From the NCBI GenBank assembly GCA_963743215.1, contig CAVUOY010000009.1, positions 29,709-93,708 on the forward strand: 64,000 nt of DNA, written 5' to 3'. How positions within the stretch are numbered: the first letter of the stretch is position 1; each line of letters opens with the position of its first letter. The notes beneath the pieces are model-generated. The model was given only the letters and a program-made list of their open reading frames with translations. It was not told where the DNA came from and ran no database searches. Of the stretch, positions 50,562 through 61,175 are shown piece after piece. The translations under genes and the position numbers were made by a program. The DNA is from an uncultured Chloroflexia bacterium (lineage in GTDB: Bacteria > Chloroflexota > Anaerolineae > Anaerolineales > UBA4823).

Positions 50562-53406
50562 ATGGTCTCTGACCCAATCTACGTCCTGCCTGTATCGGAT
50601 GTGTTTCCTTCCTTGGAGACTTCGCCCCATGGTCTATCCATCAGTGAGGTCGAAGCACGCCGCTCATTGTATGGCAGGAACCAGCTTACCGAGCCGCCCA
50701 GCGAGCCTGCCTGGAGAAAACTATTTGGATTTATCACTCATCCCATGGCACTCCTACTGTGGGCTGCGGGTGGGATTGCTTTATGGCTGCGTGAACCCAC
50801 CCTGGGGGTGATCATCTGGATTGTAGTGCTGGTGAATGCCGCTTTTTCCTACTGGCGGGAATACCGGGCGGAACAAGCGACGGCCGCATTGCAGCACCTA
50901 TTACCAAGTTATGCCCGGGTGATCCGCGACGGTGTGGAAGTCAAAGTGTCTGCGGGTGACCTGGTGCCGGGGGATGTCCTCGTCCTGGCAGAGGGGGATA
51001 ACATCCCGGCGGATGCACGTGTGGTTGAAGAATATGGCTTGCGCGCCAACAATGCGGTGCTCACGGGTGAGGCTGTGCCGGCGCGCAAGACCGCCGATGC
51101 CTCGCTGCAAGAGGGGATCAGTGAGGTGGAACGCCCCAACCTGATCTTCACCGGCACTTCAGTGGTCTCGGGGACAGGCCGGGCGGTGGTATATGCTACG
51201 GGCATGCTCACCCAGTTTGGGCGCATTGTCCGACTTACCCAGGCAGTGCATGAAGAACCCAGCCGGTTACAGCAGGAAATGTCTCGGCTGACACGTACCA
51301 TATCCTTTTTTGCCCTGGGATTGGGGGTGATCGTTTTTGCGGTGGGCATTGTGGACGTCAAGATGGGGATCAACGAGGCGTTCATCCTGGCATTAGGCAT
51401 CATTGTAGCAACCATCCCTGAAGGCCTTCCAGCCACGGTCACCCTGTCCTTGGCTGTTGCGGTACAGCGGTTGGCCCAGAAAGGCGTGCTGGTCAAGAAG
51501 CTGTCCATCCTGGAAACGCTGGAGCACGTATCGGTTATCTGCACTGATAAAAGTGGCACCCTGACCCAAAACCAGATGACGGTCCGCCAGGTGTGGGTCA
51601 GTGGAAAGCCATTGGTGGTCACTGGAACAGGTTATGAGCCGGTAGGCGAGTTTGTGCCTAATCTGGGCAGCGAGGCAGCCGAGAGAGATCTACAAGCCCT
51701 GCTCACCGCAGCCATGTTATGCAATAACTCACGCTTGAACCCACCCTCCCCAGACTTCCCCCATTGGACAGTGCTCGGTGACCAAACAGAAGCCGCGTTA
51801 CGCGTGCTGGCGTTAAAAAATGGGCTGACGGAAGAGGCATTTAATAAAACCCTTCCCCGCATCCATGAAATCCCCTTTGATGCCCGGCGGAAACGGATGA
51901 GCACTATTCATCAAGTAAATCGACCAGAGTTTGCTTTCTCCGCATATTCCCGTCGGGCAGCAGGTAGCCTTTATCAAAGGCGCCCCGCGTGAAGTTTTGC
52001 AGCTTTGTACTCACCTGCGCATGCATGGTGAAGTGATCCCGCTGGATGACAGCCATCGGGCGAGGATTTTATCTGCCAATGACGATTATGCCCGCAATGC
52101 TTTGCGGGTGTTGGCACTCGCATATCATGAATTACCTCCTCGCGTGGGTAGTTATACCGCCGAGAGGGTTGAAGTGAACTTGATATTCCTGGGTCTGACC
52201 GCCATGATGGACCCCCCACGCCCGGAAGTGACGGAAGCAGTCAGCACATGCCGTAAAGCCGGCGTGCGTATGGTGATGATCACTGGCGACTACGGTCTGA
52301 CTGCAGAATTGTTGGCCAGGCGCATCGGCATGCTTACGACAATGAGCCCGTTGATCCTGACCGGCGCAGAATTGGAAAGGCTCAACGATATTGAGCTGGA
52401 AGGAATTCTTGACAAGGAAGTAATATTTGCCCGCATGGCACCAGAGCATAAATTGCGCCTGGTGGCAGCCTACCAAGCACGCGGGGATGTGGTTGCAGTG
52501 ACTGGTGATGGAGTCAACGATGCACCTGCCCTGCGTAAAGCAGATGTAGGCGTGGCAATGGGCCTGGTTGGGACTGATGTTGCCAAGGAAGCTGCGGACG
52601 TCATCCTGACCAATGATAACTTTTCTACCATCGCTCGCGCCATCGAAGAGGGGCGCACGGTGTATGACAACCTGCGCAAGTTCACCACCTATATCTTCTC
52701 GAGCAATGTGCCTGAGATTTTACCTTTCATCCTCACCGCATTGCTCAACCCGCAGGTAATGCCGCTCGCCTTGGGGGTCAAGCAGATCCTGGCCATAGAC
52801 CTGGGAACCGACCTGTTCCCTGCCCTGGCACTGGGAAGCGAGAACCCGGAGCGGGACGTGATGCAGCGCCCACCACGGAGCAAGTCTCAACCTCTCGTGG
52901 ATGGCCGTTTGCTGCGGCGGGCGTTTTTATGGTTGGGATTGATTGAGGCAGGCTTATGTTTTGGAGCATTCTTCTTCATCAATAACGGGCTGGATATCCC
53001 ATTCTTTCAATCCCTGCATGCCAGGATATTCTCCGTCGTTCCACACGAAGAGCAACACAACCTGGCAATCACGGTCTATTATGCCGGGGTGGTCATGGCA
53101 CAGATCGGGAATGCTTTCGCATGCCGCACTGAACGCAACCGTGGCCGCTTCCTCGGGTGGTTCAGTAATCCCACCCTGTTGCGTGGGATTATTATTGAGC
53201 TGGCGATCCTGCTTGGGTTAATTTATCTAAAGCCGTTGGCTGATCTATTTGGTCATATAGCCATACCGCCGGTATTATGGATTGGGCTGATCTTCTTTCC
53301 GCTGATCATCTACAGCCTGGATTGGATCCGCAAGATGCTCATCCGCTTGCGGGAACATCTGGTACAGCAAGTGATTAATAGTTCTGTGAGCAAGGAGGAA
53401 ACATGA
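50562..53406 (+). CDS. P2-type cation-transporting ATPase, P2C (Na+/K+, H+/K+)-like (frameshift near 51945)
   Basis: LTGEA, IPEGL, DKSGTLTQNQM, KGAP, TGD, GDGVND, SSNVPEI, ILAIDLGTD. Confidence 0.9.
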
Positions 53407-54062
53407 AGGTAATCATTATTGGATGTGGTCGGGTCGGAGAGCAGCTGGCGCGTTTGCTCGTCGACGAAGGTCACCAGGTGTCGGTGATCGATTACGATGC
53501 CAATGCCCTGGCACGCCTGGGACCAAATTTTAAAGGCAAAACGATGATTGGGGTGGGATTTGATCGTGATTTATTGATCAAAGCCGGGATTGAGCAAGCG
53601 GATGCTTTTGCCGCTGCTAGCTCATCCGACAATGCCAACATCGTTGCGGCTCGTATCGCCCACAACATCTTCCACGCGCCCCGCGTGGTAGCCCGCCTTT
53701 TTGACCCACAAAGGGCTGAGATTTATCGCCGCCTGGGTATGTTGACCATCTCATCGACCACCTGGGGGGCAGAACGCCTGCGTGAGATGCTCACTTCTGC
53801 GGAGATGGATCCAATCATCAGCTTTGGCAGTGGCGAAGTGAGCCTGGTTAATATCGAAATCCCATCTCACCTTGCAGGGCGCATCGTGAAGAACCTGTCG
53901 GTCCCGGCTGAAACGGTGGTAGTAGCCATTACCCGCCAGGGGGCAGCCTTCATTCCCACCTTGGGGAGTGAGCTCAAGGAAGGTGATGTGGTCCATTTAG
54001 CACTCCTGGCTTCAGCCCTGGAACGTTTCAAAACCCTGATCGGACTCGTGGAAGGAGGGTGA
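53403..54062 (+). CDS. trkA: TrkA/KtrA family RCK protein
   Basis: IIGCGRVG Rossmann motif, AGIEQAD, C-terminal RCK_C domain. Confidence 0.92.
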   Translation: MKVIIIGCGRVGEQLARLLVDEGHQVSVIDYDANALARLGPNFKGKTMIGVGFDRDLLIKAGIEQADAFAAASSSDNANIVAARIAHNIFHAPRVVARLFDPQRAEIYRRLGMLTISSTTWGAERLREMLTSAEMDPIISFGSGEVSLVNIEIPSHLAGRIVKNLSVPAETVVVAITRQGAAFIPTLGSELKEGDVVHLALLASALERFKTLIGLVEGG

Positions 54063-54063
54063 C

Positions 54064-54733
54064 ATGTTTGTCATCATAGTCGGTGGTGGTAAGACTGGTT
54101 CGCAGCTCGCCACACAATTGCTCAGTGGTGGACATCAAGTTAAATTAATCGAAGATCGCCCGGCAGTATTAGAAAAGCTTCGGCAAGAACTTCCCGTAGA
54201 TATTGTTGTGGCTGGAGATGGCAGCTCGCCCAGTGTGCTCGAAAGCGCAGGGATTGAACACGCCAATGTGTTAGCAGCCGTCACCGGTGAAGACGAAGAT
54301 AACCTGGTGATCACCACATTGGGACGGTTTGAATTTGGGGTGCCGCGCATCATTGCCCGCGTGAATAATCCTAAAAACGTGTGGCTGTTCACCCCGGAGA
54401 TGGGTGTGGATGTGGCTCTAAGCCAATCAGACATCCTGGCCAAGCTGATTGCAGAGGAAATGTCGCTCGGCGATATGATGACCCTGCTTAAACTACGCAA
54501 GGGCGAGTTTTCCATCGTCGAAGAGAAAGTGGATCCAAGGGCAGTGGTGGTGGGTAAAATGCTGCGCGATATTAATCTGACCTCCCCAATGCGTTTTTGC
54601 GGCAATCATCCGCAAGGGTCAGCTCATCGTACCGAATGGAAACACCGAGCTGGCGCCAGTGGATGAGGTGATCGCATTGGTGCATGCCTCTCAGGTGACT
54701 AAATTAGCCGAGCTTTTGGGTCGTCCAACCTAG
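54064..54733 (+). CDS. trkA: second TrkA/KtrA family RCK protein (frameshift near 54580)
   Basis: IVGGGKTG, VTGEDEDNL, IIARVNNPKN. The RCK_C end AIIRKGQLIVPNGNTEL...DEV is in a shifted frame ending at TAG 54733. Confidence 0.9.
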
Positions 54734-54811
54734 GATACTCACCTTTCGAGAGACTGCCTGGAACTTTCACCCCATCCAAGGCGTCATTTTCACTGAGGTA
54801 TAATTGGCGGA

Positions 54812-55981
54812 ATGCAAACAACCAACCAAGAATCTGGGCTTGAAGAAACCCAACCCATGCCCGACAGGTCAATAGCAGAATCGCCGGACAGCAATATGGG
54901 CGAACAATCTCTTGGCGATACGCAACCATCCAGGCTCAACGATGAAGGTATCGTAATCCCGCCTGAAATTCCTGAGCTGCAACCGCAGGAACCCAAAGGC
55001 AGGCACTTGTGGATTTTATGGGCTTTCCTGGCGGTTCTGGCCCTGGCATTGATCGCCGGGGGGAGTGCATTGGCCGGGTATAACTCAGCCATTGATCAAC
55101 GCACACATGCCCAGTCAACCCAGGTGGCGGGTGATGCCGCCAACCAATATGTATTAGCGCAGCAGGATATTGCCCTGGGTAATTATGATCTTGCCCGTCA
55201 GCGTCTCGAATTCATCATCAAGATTGACCCCAATTATCCCAACGTTTCCGACCAGCTGGCATTCGTCCTCACCCAGCAACGCATCACTGCCACCCCCACC
55301 TTCGCGCCTTCACCCACACTGACCCCCACACCTGACTACCGTGGCAGAGATGACCTGTTCACCCAGGCTCAGAATCTGCTCGTCGGGCACGATTGGACGG
55401 GTACAATCGATACCCTGCTGTTGTTGCGCAAGAATTATCCCGATTACATGCCAGTAAAAGTGGACGGTATGCTGTTCGTGGCCTTGCGAAACCGGGGTAT
55501 TGATAAGATTGCCCAAAACCATGATCTGGAAGGCGGAAACTACGATCTGACCCTGGCAGAACGATTCGGACCTCTGGATGCTGAAGCCCGTAATTGGCGC
55601 GACTGGGCAGATTTATACATACGCGGTGCCAGCTTCTGGGATGTGGACTGGGCACAGGCGGTCTATTATTTTTCGCAATTAGCGAACGCTGCCCCGAACC
55701 TGAGTGATGTCTCAGGCTGGACTGCTTCAAATCGATATATGGATGCCTTGCTCGGGTATGGTGATTGGTTCGCAGCCAAAGAACAATGGTGCGATGCCCA
55801 GGCACAATATGATACCTATATGAGCATGATCGCCAGCCCACAAGTTGAGCCAACGGCTGTCTATGCGGCGGATAAATGTACACAAGCTTCAAATCCACAG
55901 CCAGTACCACCAACGCCGGGGTCGGAGACTCCCACACCTACCGCAACACTGCCTGCAGAAACCCCCTATCCACCACCTTAA
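54812..55981 (+). CDS. hypothetical single-TM protein with TPR-like helices and P/T-rich linkers
   Basis: Acidic N-terminus with ETQP/DTQP repeats, one TM, TATPT...PTP linkers. Confidence 0.8.
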   Translation: MQTTNQESGLEETQPMPDRSIAESPDSNMGEQSLGDTQPSRLNDEGIVIPPEIPELQPQEPKGRHLWILWAFLAVLALALIAGGSALAGYNSAIDQRTHAQSTQVAGDAANQYVLAQQDIALGNYDLARQRLEFIIKIDPNYPNVSDQLAFVLTQQRITATPTFAPSPTLTPTPDYRGRDDLFTQAQNLLVGHDWTGTIDTLLLLRKNYPDYMPVKVDGMLFVALRNRGIDKIAQNHDLEGGNYDLTLAERFGPLDAEARNWRDWADLYIRGASFWDVDWAQAVYYFSQLANAAPNLSDVSGWTASNRYMDALLGYGDWFAAKEQWCDAQAQYDTYMSMIASPQVEPTAVYAADKCTQASNPQPVPPTPGSETPTPTATLPAETPYPPP

Positions 55982-57564
55982 GGTGTAACCTGAGGTTCTA
56001 TATAAAGCTGAAACGGCTGCCCGGGATAGTAATGATACACCATGCGGTCTGGGAAGTCGTTTGCCAGCGAGGCATCGGTGGAAGTGTTAATGCTCCAGGC
56101 GAAGATGAAGGGAGTGGTGAGCTCAGGATCCTCGAGATCCAACAAGGCACCATATTCCATCCAGCGCGGTATGTGGACGATGATCAGGGCTGGAGCGACA
56201 GATTTAGCTGCAGCGGTTAAAAACGGTTCCTGATCGGCCAGCTCAATATCGTATAAGGCGATCATACTCTCAAGGCGAACGGGTAGATAACTTAGCAGGT
56301 TGATCCCTACCAGAGCACCCAGTATCAGGGTGACGAGCAGCGGGCGTATTTTACGCCAATCTGTGTACCCCACGAAGGAAACCCCGTGCTTAACGGGCCA
56401 GCCTGCCAACCATGCGATGCCAGCCGCACTGAGTACTGTCAGGCTGAACAGGCCTTCATAATAATATCGTGGTCCAAAAAGCATGGCGCCGATCCAATAG
56501 GTCATATAGATCAGCACCAGGCTTACGACTACACTGCCGAGAAGTAAAGCTTTGGGATTTCGGCGGGAGGCCCACAACCCTAATGGCAGGAAGATCCAGG
56601 AGTAGCTCCCCCAACCGAACAGGTCAGACATGCCTTCGCTAAGACTGTTGCGGGTATTGATCCACGCCAGGTACAACGAATGACCACCAGGCATCCGACC
56701 ATATCCGGGACCAAACCCCACCTTGTCGTAAGGCCACCACAAGGTGTACGGATTGAGTAAGGCATCACCAGTCAGGGAATACTGCCACCATAGATATAAT
56801 CCGGTGAATAGGATCGCCACACCTCCGATGACCAGTAGGCGCAGGCGTGCCTGGCGATCACCGCGGAATAATAAATATAGCCCGTGAACAGTAAACGGTG
56901 CTGCCACCGCCAGGGCTGTCATCGGGCGAGTGATCATTAATCCTCCCAACGCCAGGGCTGATAGAAGCGTATAAACCCATGTTTTTTTCGCTCGATATAG
57001 CCCTTCGATGTCCCTTTCATTCTTGGCCGCCCAGAAAGATTCCAGCCAACCCAGAGCGAATGATGAACTCAAAACCAGCCCAAACGGGTGGGAGAGTAAT
57101 GAGCCTGAGTTCATCAGGAAGAAAGGTGAGGCGACGGTTAATCCGGCTGCCAGAAGCCCCACGATATCATTGAAAATCCGTTTCCCCAGCAGGTAGGTTA
57201 ACCACACTCCTAGACCAGCCAATAAGGGGTTGATCCATGTTCGCAAATCTAACCGGATGGCTATGGATAATAACACGGGCCAACCCGGGGGATATTTTCC
57301 GAACCGTTCTCCCTGATAATCCACAACAAATGGCACCATATAGCTGTTGTGATGGGGCGGTGAGGAAATTGTCAGATGACCTTCGGTAAGTGCCCTGGCT
57401 TGCCAGACATACGCGATTTCATCTTCAATGTGGGGAATACCTTCAAATATACGCTGGGTGACCACTGCGGATGCTACAAAGCCTGCGATAGCAAGCAGGA
57501 GGGCGAGTATATCAGCGCGATGGGTGCTGATTTGCTGTGAAAAAGACGGATGCAGGCGATTCAA
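55978..57564 (-). CDS. GT-C glycosyltransferase (ArnT/PMT_2, family 39-like)
   Basis: DEIAY after TM1, KYPPGWP, GPRYYY, multiple TMs. Confidence 0.82.
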   Translation of the reverse strand: MNRLHPSFSQQISTHRADILALLLAIAGFVASAVVTQRIFEGIPHIEDEIAYVWQARALTEGHLTISSPPHHNSYMVPFVVDYQGERFGKYPPGWPVLLSIAIRLDLRTWINPLLAGLGVWLTYLLGKRIFNDIVGLLAAGLTVASPFFLMNSGSLLSHPFGLVLSSSFALGWLESFWAAKNERDIEGLYRAKKTWVYTLLSALALGGLMITRPMTALAVAAPFTVHGLYLLFRGDRQARLRLLVIGGVAILFTGLYLWWQYSLTGDALLNPYTLWWPYDKVGFGPGYGRMPGGHSLYLAWINTRNSLSEGMSDLFGWGSYSWIFLPLGLWASRRNPKALLLGSVVVSLVLIYMTYWIGAMLFGPRYYYEGLFSLTVLSAAGIAWLAGWPVKHGVSFVGYTDWRKIRPLLVTLILGALVGINLLSYLPVRLESMIALYDIELADQEPFLTAAAKSVAPALIIVHIPRWMEYGALLDLEDPELTTPFIFAWSINTSTDASLANDFPDRMVYHYYPGQPFQLYIEPQVTP

Positions 57565-57610
57565 GGTTACTTTGGATGTTTTGTGGCTTCAATCATCAGG
57601 GAATTTCAAT

Positions 57611-60064
57611 TCAAGGCATGGCAGCATAATAGACGTTATTGGCAATCGCAAGGAAAGCGGTCCGGTTCGGGCTGATTGCAAAGGCGGTCGCCTTACCCTC
57701 CGCCAACGGCGATTTCGGCTGATACTGCCATTGCAAGGTTAAAAGCACACTGAAGTAGTATACCGCCTGGTTTTTAGGATCTAGCATATAGATCGATCTT
57801 TCCGGGAATGATGAGAAGTAGATCTGGTTGAAAATAGAATCTTCAACCACGGGTCCGTGCGCTCGCCCTGGGCGGTTATCCGAATAAGGATAGGGGTCAT
57901 CACAGCGGGTGGGTGATTTAGCCATCCCACTGTAAGTGCATTTGGTGGTATGCCCGTCAGCGTGCAGTAAGAATAGGTCATCGTTATACACTGCCAGATC
58001 AATTACATCCTGCATCGGCGGGATTGTATCACCAAAGAACAGGCGAGGCGGCTGGCTGACTTCCATATTACGATAGATCCACACCGCATTCACCTTTGGG
58101 TCCAACACATAAAGGTCTCCGCGGTCCAGACTGATGGCATTTGGCTCGCCTAATCCGGTGTTGGGAGAAGCTAAGCTTTGGCTGAGGGGCTGCGAACCCA
58201 CCACGCAGTAAAGCAAATTGCCGTTACCATCCATGCCCAGCAAACTGGCATTTTCGTATGATCCCGAGGGTAGCTCAGCGATATCTATCAAAGGTCCAAC
58301 ATTGATAGGCCCATCCGTCGGTCCACACGTGAAGCTGGTGTCTACCTCATACCCACGTGCGGTCATAATGGCATGCAACACAGAACCATCCGCTCCATTG
58401 AGAAGGTATAAATCAGTGGTAGTGGCAATGATGCGGGTCACGTTGACGCTGCCATCCAGGCCGTTAACGATGGCTTGTTGGTAGTCCAATCGTTTGACTG
58501 CATCGATGCTATCCAGGCTGGCAGTCACCTGGGTACGAAGCTCCTGTGATTGGCTGGTGGAAACATAGCTTTCAGCTTTATCCAGGTCTCCGATGGCGGT
58601 GATCCAGGCTAATCGCTGCTCCAATGGATTGGAGAGCGTGGCTGCATATGCAGCTTGTTCCACCGCTTGTTGGTAATAAATTTGATGTTGTTGGGCACGC
58701 CCACGTTGAAGAAAAACCATGCCACCGATCACAGCTAAGATCACCGGGATGGCAATGGCGACGAATACCATCATCGAGGGAGGTAGACGCAGCACGTCTG
58801 CATCGGGTAAAAGGTTTTTCAGCAGGCGCAGCAGAGCAGAGCCAATCGTCCCCATCGCGCTGCTAAAGGCGCGTAGTAGGGCTGCCCCGATAGGTTTCAA
58901 GGCTGCTTGAAAAGAGGCAAAATATCTCTGCCAGGGGCGTGGTGCCGAGGCGGTTCTGGCTTTAACTGGGGGAACGGGTTCCGAGACCGGCCTGGAAATG
59001 GATGGGACTGGTTGGATTACCGCTGTGGAAGGAATCTCAGCCTGGGGCATTTCTACTTCTACTGCCGAGGGTTGTTGGCTGATTGCTGGAGTGGACACGG
59101 GCGTGGATTGAGACTGTTCTCCGCGGGATGTCACTTTCTCATCCATTTCAGATGAGTCAGTAATAGGTGCGATGGAAGGAATCCCCAACCTTTTATCCTC
59201 AGCGGGTTCTTCGATGCTTTCAAGCTCAGGCTCTGGGCTGGTTGGGAGGCCTAACCTCCTGTCTTCAGTTGGTTCTGCGGCTACCACTTCTGTTGGTGGG
59301 GTCAGCCGGCTCACCGCATCGCCTGGTTGGTCAACCGAGACGGGATGAACTGCGCTGGTTGATTCGGGCTTTCTTCGCATAATCCTCAACTTGCCCGTGC
59401 CCGCTTGGGCCTGGATAATGACCGCATTATATTCCTGGCTGGCCTTCTCTAAAAGCTGGATGCGCAGGGCTTCAATACCTTGTCGATCGGGATGTGTCAG
59501 AGTGGCCTCTGACCAACCTGCCGAAGAGATGGTTGCAAGTACCAGGTAATCATCAGGGGCCATTTTTATCTGCAGGAAGCGTACGGGCATTGAACGGCTG
59601 AGACCCAGCCCTCGCCCGGAGCTTTGCGGATCATACAAATGCTGCGTTTCGTTGCGCGTGACCAAAAATGCATGCACCGCACCACATTGGACCAGATACA
59701 ACGTATCTTGGCGCAACGCCACCAGGAGCAGCTGACCAATTCCCTGGCGACCTGCACTGGTGCTACGGAGATTGCGGTCGAGTAGGTATAAATTGAGTGC
59801 CTCTGCCACTGTACGCAGGGCAGCTGTCAGGCTGCCGGTGGTTTTATAAAATTTATTAGCCAGCTGTTCCAACAACTGTTTGTGGGCTTCAGTGGTAAGG
59901 GGCGAATTTCCACTCATGCTGAGATATATGATCAGGTTATCCGCTTCACGCCCGCGGGCAGTCCTGCGCGGAGGTGTCACTGCATATAAATCAGGCAAAT
60001 CAGATGTAACCAGATCGCCTTGCTGTGCCAGTAATAGTAGATTGAGATCGAGGGAAGAATTCAT
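57611..60064 (-). CDS. hypothetical membrane protein (PP2C-like N-domain, low-complexity linker, TM, beta-propeller-like C-domain)
   Basis: LYLVQCG, GLG, DYLVLAT at the N-terminus. P/E/S-rich linker, TM, then repeated LYxLD strands. Confidence 0.7.
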   Translation of the reverse strand: MNSSLDLNLLLLAQQGDLVTSDLPDLYAVTPPRRTARGREADNLIIYLSMSGNSPLTTEAHKQLLEQLANKFYKTTGSLTAALRTVAEALNLYLLDRNLRSTSAGRQGIGQLLLVALRQDTLYLVQCGAVHAFLVTRNETQHLYDPQSSGRGLGLSRSMPVRFLQIKMAPDDYLVLATISSAGWSEATLTHPDRQGIEALRIQLLEKASQEYNAVIIQAQAGTGKLRIMRRKPESTSAVHPVSVDQPGDAVSRLTPPTEVVAAEPTEDRRLGLPTSPEPELESIEEPAEDKRLGIPSIAPITDSSEMDEKVTSRGEQSQSTPVSTPAISQQPSAVEVEMPQAEIPSTAVIQPVPSISRPVSEPVPPVKARTASAPRPWQRYFASFQAALKPIGAALLRAFSSAMGTIGSALLRLLKNLLPDADVLRLPPSMMVFVAIAIPVILAVIGGMVFLQRGRAQQHQIYYQQAVEQAAYAATLSNPLEQRLAWITAIGDLDKAESYVSTSQSQELRTQVTASLDSIDAVKRLDYQQAIVNGLDGSVNVTRIIATTTDLYLLNGADGSVLHAIMTARGYEVDTSFTCGPTDGPINVGPLIDIAELPSGSYENASLLGMDGNGNLLYCVVGSQPLSQSLASPNTGLGEPNAISLDRGDLYVLDPKVNAVWIYRNMEVSQPPRLFFGDTIPPMQDVIDLAVYNDDLFLLHADGHTTKCTYSGMAKSPTRCDDPYPYSDNRPGRAHGPVVEDSIFNQIYFSSFPERSIYMLDPKNQAVYYFSVLLTLQWQYQPKSPLAEGKATAFAISPNRTAFLAIANNVYYAAMP

Positions 60065-60118
60065 ACCGAATGATTATACTGGTAAAATCTAACTTGGATT
60101 ATACCGCCAGGAGATAAT

Positions 60119-61141
60119 ATGCACATTACCACCGTCCGTACTCTGCCAGAATTGATCAGCCTTGAAAAAGAATGGAATGACTTGCTCACTATGAGTGCAA
60201 GTCATGTGCCGTTTTTACGGCATGAATACATCACAGCCTGGTGGCAGGGGTTGGGTGGTGGAGAATGGGCCAAGGGTGAATTATATGTCGTCACTGCTCG
60301 CCAGGATGGGGGTGATCTGATCGGCATCGCCCCCCTGTTCCTGACTAACAACCGGGATGGTGAGCCTGCCCTGATGTTGATCGGGAGTATTGAGATATCC
60401 GATTACCTGGATGTCATCACCCGCCCGGAAGATGTACCTGCCTTCATGGAAGCACTTCTCGAATACCTGGCGAGTGAAGATATGCCCGGCCTTCACTTGC
60501 TGGACTGGTATAACCTGCTGGATAGCAGCCCTACCCTGCTTGCCTTGCAGGCTGCAGCAGATAAGCTGGGTTGGAGTTATTCGCTACAGCCTCTACAACA
60601 CTGCCCATATATTACACTGCCTGGAGATTGGGAGAAGTACATTTGCAGTATCGATAAAAAGCAGCGGCACGAGATCCGCCGCAAGATGCGCCGCTCTGAA
60701 GAGTATTACCTGCCTGTGCGCTGGTATATCACGCAGGCTGGAGAGAATTTAGAGCAGGAGATGGAAGATTTTATGCGCTTGATGGCGAATGAACCTGACA
60801 AAGCTAAATTCCTCACCCCTGCCATGCGCACGCAGATGCATGCCATTGTGCAGGCGGCTAACAAAGCTGGATGGCTGCAGCTGGCTTTCATCGAAGTGAA
60901 TGGGGAGAAAGCCGCCGGCTACCTGAACTTCGATTACATGAACCATATCTGGGTGTACAACTCGGGCTTGGATTTTCGCTTCCGTGAGCTTTCACCCGGT
61001 TGGGTGCTGCTGGGCAACCTGCTGGAGTGGGCAAATGAGCACCAGCGTAAGTATTTTGACTTTATGCGCGGGGACGAAGATTATAAGTACCGTTTTGGGG
61101 CGCTTGATCGGCGCGTGATGCGCCTCATAGTACGAAAATAA
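60119..61141 (+). CDS. GNAT family acetyltransferase (CelD/BcsL-like)
   Basis: LIGIAPL, SDYLD, SPGWVLL, FDFMRGDEDYKYRFG. Confidence 0.9.
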   Translation: MHITTVRTLPELISLEKEWNDLLTMSASHVPFLRHEYITAWWQGLGGGEWAKGELYVVTARQDGGDLIGIAPLFLTNNRDGEPALMLIGSIEISDYLDVITRPEDVPAFMEALLEYLASEDMPGLHLLDWYNLLDSSPTLLALQAAADKLGWSYSLQPLQHCPYITLPGDWEKYICSIDKKQRHEIRRKMRRSEEYYLPVRWYITQAGENLEQEMEDFMRLMANEPDKAKFLTPAMRTQMHAIVQAANKAGWLQLAFIEVNGEKAAGYLNFDYMNHIWVYNSGLDFRFRELSPGWVLLGNLLEWANEHQRKYFDFMRGDEDYKYRFGALDRRVMRLIVRK

Positions 61142-61175
61142 TCATCTCCCTTTGCATGCGTATCCAGAACAAACC

